From contig JANTGF010000012.1 of NCBI GenBank assembly GCA_024763075.1, positions 8,093-72,092 on the forward strand: 64,000 bases of DNA, read 5' to 3'. Positions 34,745 through 50,694 of the stretch are shown here, in pieces. Source of the stretch: Bacteroidales bacterium. GTDB taxonomy: Bacteria; Bacteroidota; Bacteroidia; Bacteroidales; VadinHA17. A model generated the notes under the pieces. That model ran no database searches, was not told where the DNA came from, and saw only the letters and a program-made list of their open reading frames with translations. Within the stretch, counting starts at the first letter, position 1. Each line of letters starts with the position of its first letter. A program made the position numbers and the translations under genes.

Positions 34745-36994
34745 TTATTTCGTATTTTTGAGTTCAAATTTAATTATCCCGGCCTTAACCAACTCCTGAT
34801 GTTTTACAAAATACTTATTCAGGTGTTTATTATTCAACGTAATCGTGCGAATAAAAGTATTCCCGGGATTGTTATTTGCCGTTTCAATGATCAATTTGTC
34901 CTTTTCATAAAACACAGGATTCAGTTGTATGGTAATTCTGTCAAAAACCGGGGCAGTCAACGCATAGTTCATATCCCCCGGGCAAACCGGATAAAAACCC
35001 ATCATACTGTAAACCAGCCAGGCAGATAAAGTTCCGGTATCATCATTCCCGGGTAATCCGGCCGGTTCATTTTTATAATATGAGGAAATCAGCCTCCGGA
35101 CTTCTTTTTGGGTGCGCCATTCTTCTCCTTTAACAAAGTTGAAAAGATAGGGATAGGTAATGTCCGGTTCGTTTGCCATATCGAAGAGGCCTTCATCAAA
35201 AACTTTTTGAAGTTTCTCAACAAAATCTTTTTTTCCTCCCATCAGTTTTATTAATCCTTTGGTATCAAAAGGTACATAAAAAGTATAATTCCATGCAGAA
35301 CCTTCATGAAAACCAGGACTGGGGGCAAAGTTTTCTCCCTGTTTTGGGTCAAAAGGAGTGAGGAAACTACCATCAGGGAGTTTGGGACGGATCATGCCAT
35401 ATTCTTTGTCAAAATAGTTTTTGTATCCCATGGATTGTATATAGAATCTTTCGTAGTCATCTTCTTTTCTCAGAGTTTTTGCCAGTTTGGCGAGGTTCCA
35501 GTCGGCAACATAATATTCCAGTGCGTGGGAAACGGAATTATCGTAGGGTTTTCTTAGTGGAACATAACCCAGTGCCAGATAATCGTCATTATCAGGGCGT
35601 AATTTATTCTCTTTTCCCGGGCTTGTAGCGGACTTATACATCGCCTCATAAGCCAGGTCGATGTCAAAATCACGAATACCCCTTAGCCAGGTATCCACAA
35701 TCACAGGAATGGCCGGATCACCTTCCATAACATTGGTTTCCCTGCCGTAGAGTTCCCATTTTGGTAACCATCCGCTTTCCCTGTACATATCCAGCATGGA
35801 TCGCACCATATCCAGTTGCTTTTCAGGGTAAATAAGCGACAAAAAAGGGTGTACATTCCGGTAGGTATCCCAAAGAGAAAATACGGTATAACGATTTCCT
35901 GTTTGCTGATTTAAAATCAGCGGAGATTCCATAGCCGGATATTCTCCGTTTACATCCTGCAGAATGTTTGGATGTAATAGGATGTGATACAAGGCTGTAT
36001 AGAATATCGTTTTATCATCTCTAGTGCCCCCCTCAACTTTAATTTTTGACAACTCATCGTTCCATGCATTAAAAGTCTGTTGCCGAAGTTCTTCAAAATT
36101 CGTCTTGCTTAATTCCAGGTTTAAATTCTCCCTTGCATTTTGAATGCTGACATAAGAAATCCCGACTTTTACTTCAATTTGCTCTCCTTCGGTAGTATTC
36201 CAGCTAAAGTAGGCGCCAATGTCATCACCGGCAATTTCTTTAAAATAAACAGGATAGAGTTTATATTTTCCACTTGTTTTACTCCACTGACTTCTTGGTC
36301 CCGGCAGTTCTTCCATTTTTTTCCAGTAGCCCTTCTTCAGGGGAGGCTTACTGAATTGAACTACGAAATAAACCGGAAATACAGCATTCGGATTGTAGCA
36401 AAAAGTACCAAGCAATTTAAAACCTTCCACTTCTGTATCCGAAACCATCTTTAACAAAGCACCGGATTCATTGGTGAGGCCATGGCCAAGGTTCAGCAAT
36501 ATATTTGCTTCTCCTTCCGGGAAAGTATAACGGCTTATGCTGCTTCTTGTGGTGGCAGTCATTTCGGTTTTTATGTGGTATCTGTCCAGTTTGTTTGAAT
36601 AGTAACCCGGGACAGCCTTTTCATCGGAATAGATGGACCCGTATTTCCGGTAATCCACTTCCAGGTTTCCGCTTGTGGGCATCAAAAGGATGCTCCCAAA
36701 ATCCGGACAACCTACTCCGCTCAGGTTTACATGGCTGAAACCGGTTAGGGTCTTATTCTGATAAACATATGGATTGGATAACCATCCAACATCGGTATTC
36801 AGTTTGTTTCCTTCATTTTTGGACACATTATAGGGTACCACAGAAACCATTCCTGACGGGGCAACAGCTCCCGGATAAGTAGCACCATAGTTAGAGGTTC
36901 CTATGAACGGATTTACATAATCTGCCGGTGTTTGGCTTTTACCCAGCAGCAAACCGGTAACGCAGATTGACAGAAAAACGAAAAGCTTTTTCAT
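34745..36994 (-). CDS. GH92 family alpha-mannosidase
   Basis: 749 aa with a signal peptide. Motifs: DYVNPFIGT, SHVNLSGVGC, GLPGNDDTGTLSAWLVYSMMGFYPVCPG. Confidence 0.85.
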   Translation of the reverse strand: MKKLFVFLSICVTGLLLGKSQTPADYVNPFIGTSNYGATYPGAVAPSGMVSVVPYNVSKNEGNKLNTDVGWLSNPYVYQNKTLTGFSHVNLSGVGCPDFGSILLMPTSGNLEVDYRKYGSIYSDEKAVPGYYSNKLDRYHIKTEMTATTRSSISRYTFPEGEANILLNLGHGLTNESGALLKMVSDTEVEGFKLLGTFCYNPNAVFPVYFVVQFSKPPLKKGYWKKMEELPGPRSQWSKTSGKYKLYPVYFKEIAGDDIGAYFSWNTTEGEQIEVKVGISYVSIQNARENLNLELSKTNFEELRQQTFNAWNDELSKIKVEGGTRDDKTIFYTALYHILLHPNILQDVNGEYPAMESPLILNQQTGNRYTVFSLWDTYRNVHPFLSLIYPEKQLDMVRSMLDMYRESGWLPKWELYGRETNVMEGDPAIPVIVDTWLRGIRDFDIDLAYEAMYKSATSPGKENKLRPDNDDYLALGYVPLRKPYDNSVSHALEYYVADWNLAKLAKTLRKEDDYERFYIQSMGYKNYFDKEYGMIRPKLPDGSFLTPFDPKQGENFAPSPGFHEGSAWNYTFYVPFDTKGLIKLMGGKKDFVEKLQKVFDEGLFDMANEPDITYPYLFNFVKGEEWRTQKEVRRLISSYYKNEPAGLPGNDDTGTLSAWLVYSMMGFYPVCPGDMNYALTAPVFDRITIQLNPVFYEKDKLIIETANNNPGNTFIRTITLNNKHLNKYFVKHQELVKAGIIKFELKNTK

Positions 36995-37036
36995 TAGTGA
37001 GATTTCGCTTTGATAAATATCAAGAAAAATTATAAG

Positions 37037-40213
<3,177 letters not shown>

Positions 40214-40366
40214 TTAAATTATAATTAGCTTCGCTGTCATAAATCGTCATTAGTGGTAATTTTTGTAATATTAAAACTTCCAAACAACTAATAATTAATT
40301 AAAGTTTCGCAGGCAAAATAGATGGACATAAAATATTGTTATTTAACTTATTAAGCTTTGAGTATT

Positions 40367-40399
40367 CTTTGTGATATCCTTTGTGTACTTGGTGGTTAA
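40367..40399. repeat. Single arm of the CTTTGTGATATCCTTTG...CTTGGTGGTTAA element
   Basis: Matches the reverse complement of 23841..23873 at 29 of 33 positions (it differs only in TGTA versus GGGC). Its terminal TTAA provides the stop codon of the sulfatase gene on the minus strand. Confidence 0.5.
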
Positions 40400-41994
40400 A
40401 CTGGTTTTTTCTTTCCTTTCTCCTTTTCTTTCTTCTTTTTCCGTTCAGCAGGGAAGAGTGGGAACATTTCGGATGGCACATGTTCTTTCACCATAATCTC
40501 TTCCATTTGTTTGATAATCTCAGGATATTCTGCTGCAACATCATTTTCTTCTTTAATATCCTTTTCCAGGTCATAAAGCTCAATGTTCATATTTCCCTTA
40601 AAAATATTTTGCCTGATAGCTTTCCATTTTCCCAGCCTCACCGCCTGCTGGCCGGTATAACTGGGGAATTCCCAATAAAGATATGCATGCTTTTCGGGGT
40701 TCTTTTTACCGGTAATTACAGGCAATATGCTAATCCCGTCAGTAGCTTCTGGCGTTTCAATTCCTGCCAGATCGCAAAAAGTTGGAAGGATATCCTGGAA
40801 AGATCCGATATGGTCGGTTACAGACCCGGGTTTAATATGGCCAGGCCATACAGCTATCATAGGTTCCCTGATTCCTCCTTCATGGGTAAATCCTTTGCCC
40901 CAGCCATATTCCGAATTAAAGGGGCGGGCACTGTCAAAAAATTTGGTATCCACTCCGCCTACGTAAGTAGGGCCATTATCGCTTGTGAAAAAAATAATGG
41001 TGTTTTCATACACACCCATATCTTTTAATTTCTGAACGATCTGTCCTACCTGATCATCAAGATAAGTGATCATGGCAGCATAGGTTGCGCGTGGATATCT
41101 TGCCGGAAAGTAGCCTTTATTGCCAACGTAGGGTTCCTCTTCACCGAATTCTTTATGATATTTTTCCACATATTCAGCCGGAGCCTGCAATGGGTCATGG
41201 GGAATGGGAGAAGCAAAGTACAACATAAAGGGCTGGTCTTTTGCTGATTCCAGAAATTCAAGTGTTGCATCCATCATAAGGTCCGGAGCATAGTCGTTTT
41301 GGGTAAATTTTTTATAACTGTTAATATCATAAGGATCTGCTCCTTCATCGAGTTTGGTTCCGGGTACTACGAGTTTGTTGTTTAAAGGAACCTTTTCTTC
41401 ATTTTTCCATAGATGCAGGGGGTAATAATTATGTGCCTGACGCTGGCAATTGTAACCGTAAAAGAAGTCAAAACCCTGCTTCAGGGGTTCGCCTTCGGTA
41501 AAGGGAGCACCCAGTCCCCATTTTCCCACTACCGCCGTTTTATAACCGGATTTTTGTAAAAGTTTTGCGGAAGTAATAGTTTCCTCAGGGATTGGCCACT
41601 GTCCTTCGAGCCCCGGATCGGCACTGGCTTTTGCATAATCCCAGACATCACCTCTGGATGCCCATTCGTTGTTTCCTCTAACATAGGCATGACCCATATG
41701 TTTGCCGGTAAGCAAAACACATCTGGCCGGAGCACAAACAGGTGCTCCTGAATAAAACTGGGTAAATTTCATTCCGTTTTGTGCCAGTTTATCAATATTG
41801 GGAGTATGTATTTTTTCCTGCCCGTATGACCCAAGCTCACCATAACCGAGATCATCTGCCATGATAAATACGATATTAGGCTTTGAATTTTCCTTCTGCT
41901 TCCTGTTTTTTGAGTTGGAGCAGGAAACGGCAAAAATTGTAAATAAGCTAAAAATAATAAGGGTCTGTAGGTTTGTTTTGATTTGTTTTTTCAT
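40396..41994 (-). CDS. Formylglycine-dependent arylsulfatase (S1 family)
   Basis: The start is set at MKKQIKTN (signal peptide). Motifs: PNIVFIMADDLGYG and the Cys-type FGly motif CAPARCVLLTGK. The C-terminus is an unusual Lys-rich tail, AERKKKKEKEKGKKKPV. Confidence 0.85.
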   Translation of the reverse strand: MKKQIKTNLQTLIIFSLFTIFAVSCSNSKNRKQKENSKPNIVFIMADDLGYGELGSYGQEKIHTPNIDKLAQNGMKFTQFYSGAPVCAPARCVLLTGKHMGHAYVRGNNEWASRGDVWDYAKASADPGLEGQWPIPEETITSAKLLQKSGYKTAVVGKWGLGAPFTEGEPLKQGFDFFYGYNCQRQAHNYYPLHLWKNEEKVPLNNKLVVPGTKLDEGADPYDINSYKKFTQNDYAPDLMMDATLEFLESAKDQPFMLYFASPIPHDPLQAPAEYVEKYHKEFGEEEPYVGNKGYFPARYPRATYAAMITYLDDQVGQIVQKLKDMGVYENTIIFFTSDNGPTYVGGVDTKFFDSARPFNSEYGWGKGFTHEGGIREPMIAVWPGHIKPGSVTDHIGSFQDILPTFCDLAGIETPEATDGISILPVITGKKNPEKHAYLYWEFPSYTGQQAVRLGKWKAIRQNIFKGNMNIELYDLEKDIKEENDVAAEYPEIIKQMEEIMVKEHVPSEMFPLFPAERKKKKEKEKGKKKPV

Positions 41995-42052
41995 AATTTG
42001 AATTTTTAAACATAAACAGGGATGATTCGATGTCATCCACTAAGTTGAAATA

Positions 42053-45223
<3,171 letters not shown>

Positions 45224-45473
45224 TCAATTTTATTTTCTCAAAGATAGAAAATTTGATTCTTTTCGAAAGTGTTTCCAAAATTAATTCTGATATTTTTAAA
45301 GGCTCCGGAAGATTTTGAAAAATCTCAAATTCTTCGGGCTGGAAATGAAAAACTGGCAGTGATTTATAAATATATTAAATGCAAATTATTCTATTCTCTG
45401 TACAGTATGTCAGTTGAAAGTGATTTGGTATAATAATTGTCAATAAGACGACAAATATTAAGATCTGAATTTG

Positions 45474-45481
45474 TACTTTTG
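45474..45481 (+). promoter_or_regulatory. -7 promoter box TACTTTTG within TGTACTTTTGCAAA
   Basis: TAnnTTTG match 38 nt upstream of the trxB ORF start. The same 14-mer occurs at 48255..48268. Confidence 0.4.
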
Positions 45482-45518
45482 CAAATTGAAAATTAAAATC
45501 ATTATAAAATAAGAAATT

Positions 45519-46520
45519 ATGGAGCTATTCAAATCAATGGATAATCTTGAAGAAGATAAAAATCAGGAAAGCATTGAAACAGATGTTGAAAAAGTGAAGT
45601 GTCTGATCATCGGTTCCGGACCAGCCGGTTATACTGCTGCCATTTATGCCGCCAGGGCAAATCTGAGTCCGGTTATGTACGAAGGTTTGCAACCGGGAGG
45701 TCAGTTGACCACTACCACAGAAGTGGAAAACTATCCGGGTTATCCTGAAGGAGTAACAGGTCCCGTGATGATGGAAGATTTTAAAAAACAGGCAGAGCGG
45801 TTTGGTACGGATATTCGCTGGGGACTTGCAACATCTGCTGATTTTACAGGTGATATCCATAAAGTAACGATTGATAATAAAAAGGTGATTGAAGCGGAAT
45901 CTGTGATCATTGCTACCGGTGCCACTGCTAAATATCTTGGAATTGAAGCAGAGAAGAAATATGCAGGATCAGGGGTTTCGGCCTGTGCAACCTGCGATGG
46001 CTTTTTTTACAGAGGAAAAGATGTTGCCGTTGTTGGTGGTGGTGATACAGCTGCTGAGGAGGCGATGTATCTTGCCGGACTCTGCAAAAAAGTTTATCTG
46101 ATTGTAAGAAAAAATTATCTGAGAGCCTCAAAAGTGATGCAGGAGCGTGTGTTTAATACGGAGAATATTGAAGTACTGTTTGAACACAATACGAAAGACC
46201 TTTTTGGTGAGAACGGAGTGGAAGGCGTTGTATTGATTCATAAAATGGGCACACCTGAGGAAAAAGAGGTCAGAATAAATATCGATGGCTTTTTTCTCGC
46301 AATCGGGCACAAACCTAATTCTGATATTTTTACTGATTATGTGGATACGGATGAAGTTGGATACATTCAAACCATTCCCGGAACATCCAAAACAAAAGCA
46401 GAGGGTGTATTTGCCTGTGGGGATGTAATGGATCCGGTTTACAGGCAGGCGGTTACTGCTGCAGGTTCAGGTTGTAAAGCTGCCATTGATGCTGAAAGAT
46501 ACCTTAGCGAGAAAAGCTAA
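45519..46520 (+). CDS. trxB: Thioredoxin-disulfide reductase
   Basis: Motifs: IIGSGPAGYTAAIYAAR, the redox-active CATCDG, and VVGGGDTAAEEA. The exact start is uncertain (several in-frame Met codons). Confidence 0.9.
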   Translation: MELFKSMDNLEEDKNQESIETDVEKVKCLIIGSGPAGYTAAIYAARANLSPVMYEGLQPGGQLTTTTEVENYPGYPEGVTGPVMMEDFKKQAERFGTDIRWGLATSADFTGDIHKVTIDNKKVIEAESVIIATGATAKYLGIEAEKKYAGSGVSACATCDGFFYRGKDVAVVGGGDTAAEEAMYLAGLCKKVYLIVRKNYLRASKVMQERVFNTENIEVLFEHNTKDLFGENGVEGVVLIHKMGTPEEKEVRINIDGFFLAIGHKPNSDIFTDYVDTDEVGYIQTIPGTSKTKAEGVFACGDVMDPVYRQAVTAAGSGCKAAIDAERYLSEKS

Positions 46521-46553
46521 TGAAGGATATTGAAGAATTTTAGAAATAAAAAA

Positions 46554-46585
46554 AAGAAGATGCCGGTTTGCATCTTCTTTTTTTA
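46554..46585. terminator. Bidirectional rho-independent terminator between convergent genes
   Basis: AAGAAGATGC-cggttt-GCATCTTCTT, flanked by an A-run on one side and a T-run on the other. Confidence 0.7.
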
Positions 46586-46604
46586 TGGATTATCCGGATA
46601 ATTA

Positions 46605-47852
46605 TTACTTAACTACTTTCTGTTGAATTTCTCTTGCATATTCACCGGCATCAAGCTTTGTTTTTACTTCTTTAAAAGCTTTGATGGTATACTCTACGTC
46701 CTCAAGTGAATGAATAGCTGTCGGGATCAGCCTTAACAGGATTGTCCCTTTTGGAACGACCGGATAAACCACAATAGAACAGAAGATATTGTAATTTTCA
46801 CGCAGATCCACAGTAATATTAGTGCCTTCACCAACACCACCACTAAGAATTACAGGTGTTACCGGAGATTCGGTGACTCCCAGGTTGAATCCGGCATCTC
46901 GAAGGCCTTTTTGCAGGCTGCTCACTACTTTCCAGAGATTTTCCCTTAATTCCGGTTGATTTTGTAACAACTCCAGTCTCTTCAGAGCGCCAATAACCAT
47001 AGGCATCGGCAGGGATTTTGCAAAAATTTGTGAACGCATATTATATTGCAGATAGTCAATTACATCCTCATTACTGGCAACAAATCCTCCAATTCCGGCC
47101 ATGGCTTTTGCAAAGGTGGCAAAATAAATGTCAATACCATCCTGCACTCCAAAATGCTCTCCTGTTCCGGCTCCTGTTTTTCCCATCGTACCAAAACCAT
47201 GAGCGTCATCCACAAGAATTCGGAATTTGAATTTCTTTTTAAGCTCAACTATATCCTTTATTTTTCCAAGATCACCTGCCATACCAAAAACACCTTCGGT
47301 AATAAGAAGAATCCCTCCCCCGGTTTTTTCAACCCTCTTTGTTGCACGCTCAAGTTCTATTTCCAGATTCTCAATATTATTGTGTGGGAAAACAAACCTT
47401 TTGCCCATGTGCAGTCTGAGTCCGTCAAGAATACATGCATGTGATTCAGAATCATATACAACCACATCATTCCGGTTAACCAGAGCATCGATAATGGACA
47501 CCATCCCCATATATCCATAATTTAACAGGTAGGCTCTTTCTTTTCCGACAAACTTTGCCAGTTTTTCTTCAAGTTCCTCATGTTTGCTGGTTTGGCCTGA
47601 CATCATCCTTGCACCCATCGGGTAGGCGAGTCCCCATTCGGCAGTAGCCTCTTCATCTGCTTTTCTTACCTCGGGGTGATTGGCAAGGCCAATGTAATTA
47701 TTTAAACTCCAGGTTAAAACCTCTTTTCCCCTAAAGGTCATATGAGAAGATATTTCTCCTTCCAGTTTAGGAAACAAAAAGTAACCGTGTCCCAATTTTT
47801 GATACTTGCCCAGGTCACCTCTGTTTGCGTTGATTTTATCAAATATATCCAC
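46605..47852 (-). CDS. PLP-dependent alpha-oxoamine synthase family enzyme (AONS/KBL/serine-palmitoyltransferase-like)
   Basis: 415 aa with a GTG start. The fold-type I layout includes VDDAHGFG and the Schiff-base lysine context ATFAKAMAGIGGF. Confidence 0.75.
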   Translation of the reverse strand: MDIFDKINANRGDLGKYQKLGHGYFLFPKLEGEISSHMTFRGKEVLTWSLNNYIGLANHPEVRKADEEATAEWGLAYPMGARMMSGQTSKHEELEEKLAKFVGKERAYLLNYGYMGMVSIIDALVNRNDVVVYDSESHACILDGLRLHMGKRFVFPHNNIENLEIELERATKRVEKTGGGILLITEGVFGMAGDLGKIKDIVELKKKFKFRILVDDAHGFGTMGKTGAGTGEHFGVQDGIDIYFATFAKAMAGIGGFVASNEDVIDYLQYNMRSQIFAKSLPMPMVIGALKRLELLQNQPELRENLWKVVSSLQKGLRDAGFNLGVTESPVTPVILSGGVGEGTNITVDLRENYNIFCSIVVYPVVPKGTILLRLIPTAIHSLEDVEYTIKAFKEVKTKLDAGEYAREIQQKVVK

Positions 47853-47879
47853 AATTTTGGTTTTAGTTAAAATTCATGG

Positions 47880-47887
47880 CAAAGGTA
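47880..47887 (-). promoter_or_regulatory. -7 promoter box TACCTTTG (minus strand)
   Basis: TAnnTTTG match 28 nt upstream of the GTG start at 47852. Confidence 0.35.
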
Positions 47888-48255
47888 GATAATTTTAGTT
47901 TTTTTGCAAAGACAGATTTGTTTTGATAAGCTGCACTGGTGAAGTATTTGTTATGTACTTATAATCAAAATGATATGATTAGAGTGGAGCTTGACTAACT
48001 GTTTTTGAGAAAGTGCTGAATAAATCTGCTGTTGGTAAAAATGAAAGTTTGTCCATCTGCTAAGTGAATAAAATATACTTTAGCCAAAAGTTTAACCACG
48101 AAAAAATGCCTGGAATTTCCGGAAGACGAAGTTTGACAGACATTAAATCTAGGGTATCCCTCTGAAATTTACTTATGCTTCATTAAATACTAATTGTGCA
48201 ATTCTTTCGTTTGAGTATAAAGTTAAAAAGGTTTTCATAATTAGCGGGAAAACTG

Positions 48256-48263
48256 TACTTTTG
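48256..48263 (+). promoter_or_regulatory. -7 promoter box TACTTTTG within TGTACTTTTGCAAA
   Basis: Lies only 4 nt before ATG 48268. This implies a very short leader, or use of the second Met (MAKNLL..., 48280). Confidence 0.4.
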
Positions 48264-48267
48264 CAAA

Positions 48268-49098
48268 ATGTTTCAAAAAATGGCCAAAAATTTATTGATA
48301 CTCGTCTTGTTTTTGTTTTTCTTCTCTTCTTGCGGGGAGTATGAAAAGTTATTGAAAAGCGGGGATGTCGATGCAAAATATAAGATGGGACTGAAATACT
48401 ACGATGAAGGAAACTGGACAAGGGCTTCAACGCTATTTGAACAGATCATTCCACGTTTGAAAGGTACCGGTAAAGCTGAGGAGGTTGATTATAAATTTGC
48501 CATGTGCTATTACAATATGAAAGATTATGTGCTGGCCGGACATTATTTCAGGACTTTTGTTGCTACTTACTATTCGAGTGCCCATGCTGAAGAAGCCGAT
48601 TATTTGGCAGCATATTGTTATTATAAATTATCTCCCAGACCTCAACTGGATCAGACAAATACACTTAATGCGATCAATGCTTTCACCCTGTTTAAGAATA
48701 AATTTCCTGCCAGTGATAAAATCGAAGAAGCGGATAAGTATATTCAGGAGATGATTAACAAACTGGTGGAAAAATCATTTATTAATGCGAAGCTTTATTA
48801 TAACCTGGGTAAATACAAAGCTGCCATCGTTGCAATTAAGAACAGCATTGGTGATTACCCTGACTCAATGTACCGCGAGGAACTGATTTACCTGAAATTA
48901 CGGTCAAGCTTTTTACTTGCTGAAGGTAGCATACGGCAAAAACAGGAGGAACGATATCAGAATACAGTGGATGAATACTATTCTTTTGTGGATGAGTTTC
49001 CGGACAGTAAATATAAGCGTGATGCAGAAAAAATATATAATGAAGCTTCAGGCTATTTAACAAAGAATCAGGAAAAAACGAAAAAAAATAAGAGTTAA
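48268..49098 (+). CDS. bamD: Outer membrane protein assembly factor BamD
   Basis: Lipobox FFSSCG and TPR-like helices (AKYKMGLKYYDEGNWTRASTLFEQI...). The bamD-rpoZ-coaBC synteny is typical of Bacteroidota. Confidence 0.75.
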   Translation: MFQKMAKNLLILVLFLFFFSSCGEYEKLLKSGDVDAKYKMGLKYYDEGNWTRASTLFEQIIPRLKGTGKAEEVDYKFAMCYYNMKDYVLAGHYFRTFVATYYSSAHAEEADYLAAYCYYKLSPRPQLDQTNTLNAINAFTLFKNKFPASDKIEEADKYIQEMINKLVEKSFINAKLYYNLGKYKAAIVAIKNSIGDYPDSMYREELIYLKLRSSFLLAEGSIRQKQEERYQNTVDEYYSFVDEFPDSKYKRDAEKIYNEASGYLTKNQEKTKKNKS

Positions 49099-49102
49099 AA
49101 AT

Positions 49103-49432
49103 ATGGATTACAAGAAAACAAAAGCACCTTTAACAACGGTTACAAGAAAATTAAGGGATCTTGACAAGGATACTGAAAATATTTATGAGGCAGTAGTTAT
49201 TTGTGCGAAAAGAGCAAACCAGATCTCCGTTGAAATTAAGCAGGAACTAAATAGAAAACTGGAAGATTTCGCTTATTATACGGATAGCCTGGAGGAGGTT
49301 TTTGAGAACCGTGAACAAATTGAGATATCGAAGTTTTATGAAAAACTTCCTAAACCAACATTAATTGCTTTGCAGGAGTTCGAAGATGGTGAAATTTATT
49401 ACCGCCGCTCGGACGTTCAGCAATTTCAGTAA
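49103..49432 (+). CDS. rpoZ: DNA-directed RNA polymerase subunit omega
   Basis: 109 aa. NIYEAVVICAKRANQI corresponds to the RpoZ core motif. Confidence 0.7.
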   Translation: MDYKKTKAPLTTVTRKLRDLDKDTENIYEAVVICAKRANQISVEIKQELNRKLEDFAYYTDSLEEVFENREQIEISKFYEKLPKPTLIALQEFEDGEIYYRRSDVQQFQ

Positions 49433-49449
49433 AATTTATCTCTGCCGGT

Positions 49450-50673
49450 ATGCTGAAAGGGAAAAAAATAATTCTTGGCATTACCGGGAGCATAGCTGCC
49501 TATAAAGCCGCGTTCCTGGTCAGACTTTTCGTTCAAAAAGGGGCGGAGGTAAGGGTTATTATGACTCCTGTTGCAGAAAAGTTTATTTCCCCTCTGACGC
49601 TGGCAACACTTAGTGGGAATCCTGTCAGATCTGATTTGTTTGAGGAAAAAACAGGAGAATGGACCAATCATGTTGAGATGGGCTTGTGGGCTGACCTTAT
49701 TTTGGTGGCTCCGGCAACAGCTAACACAATAGCGAAAATGGCTCACGGTCATGCCGATAATTTATTGCTTACGGTTTTTTTATCGGCCAGATGTCCCATA
49801 ATGCTCGCTCCGGCAATGGATCTGGATATGTATGGTCATTCAGCAACCCAAAAGAATCTGGAAATACTGACCGGAATGGGAGTGAGCATTATTGATGCTG
49901 CTACGGGAGAACTGGCAAGCGGATTGTCAGGAAAGGGACGAATGGAAGATCCTGAAAGAATCCTGAAGAAAGTAGAACATTTTCTGAATGGTGTGAATTC
50001 CGGACTTTCTTTTTCAGGGAAAAAAATTATGATAACCGCAGGTCCTACTTATGAGAATATTGACCCTGTCCGGTTTATCGGGAATTATTCATCGGGGAAA
50101 ATGGGCATTGCCATTGCCGATTCCCTCGCAGCTAAGGGAGCAGATGTACATCTGGTTCTTGGCCCTGTGGGTGTGAAGCCGGCGAATAAAGAAGTACGGG
50201 TATATCCGGTTGTTTCTGCTAAGGAAATGTTCGAAAAGTGCCTGTTGCTTTTTCCGGAAATGGATGGGGCCGTGATGGCAGCTGCAGTAAGTGATTTTAC
50301 CCCTTCCGATCCGTTGAACCAGAAGACAAAACGAGGTAAAGAAGATTTGGTAATCAGGCTGAAACCCACCCGGGACATTGCTGCAGCACTGGGTGAAATG
50401 AAAACACCAAAACAATGGCTGGTTGGTTTTGCCCTGGAAACGCAAAATGAGAGTTTAAATGCACAAAAAAAGCTGGAGAAAAAGAATCTCGATTTGATTG
50501 TTCTGAATTCCCTTAATGATGAAGGTGCCGGTTTTGGATACGATACAAATAAAATTACAATTATTGATAAATCAGGTTCCCAGACTGCTTTTAAACTGAA
50601 AACTAAAAAACAGGTGGCAGAGGATATAGTGGATCATATTCACCAATTGATTCAAACTGATTCTCCGCTATAA
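49450..50673 (+). CDS. coaBC: Bifunctional phosphopantothenoylcysteine decarboxylase / phosphopantothenate-cysteine ligase
   Basis: 407 aa. Motifs: GKKIILGITGSIAAYKA, PATANTIAKMAHGHADNLL, ITAGPTYENIDPVRFIGNYSSGKMG. Confidence 0.9.
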   Translation: MLKGKKIILGITGSIAAYKAAFLVRLFVQKGAEVRVIMTPVAEKFISPLTLATLSGNPVRSDLFEEKTGEWTNHVEMGLWADLILVAPATANTIAKMAHGHADNLLLTVFLSARCPIMLAPAMDLDMYGHSATQKNLEILTGMGVSIIDAATGELASGLSGKGRMEDPERILKKVEHFLNGVNSGLSFSGKKIMITAGPTYENIDPVRFIGNYSSGKMGIAIADSLAAKGADVHLVLGPVGVKPANKEVRVYPVVSAKEMFEKCLLLFPEMDGAVMAAAVSDFTPSDPLNQKTKRGKEDLVIRLKPTRDIAAALGEMKTPKQWLVGFALETQNESLNAQKKLEKKNLDLIVLNSLNDEGAGFGYDTNKITIIDKSGSQTAFKLKTKKQVAEDIVDHIHQLIQTDSPL

Positions 50674-50694
50674 CGAGCTTTTTATCATTGAATT

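Noticed and set aside
40381-41028. 215-aa plus-strand ORF
   Set aside because: It lies entirely antisense to the sulfatase gene. It starts in the polypyrimidine tract, and its product is low-complexity, Phe/Leu-rich sequence.
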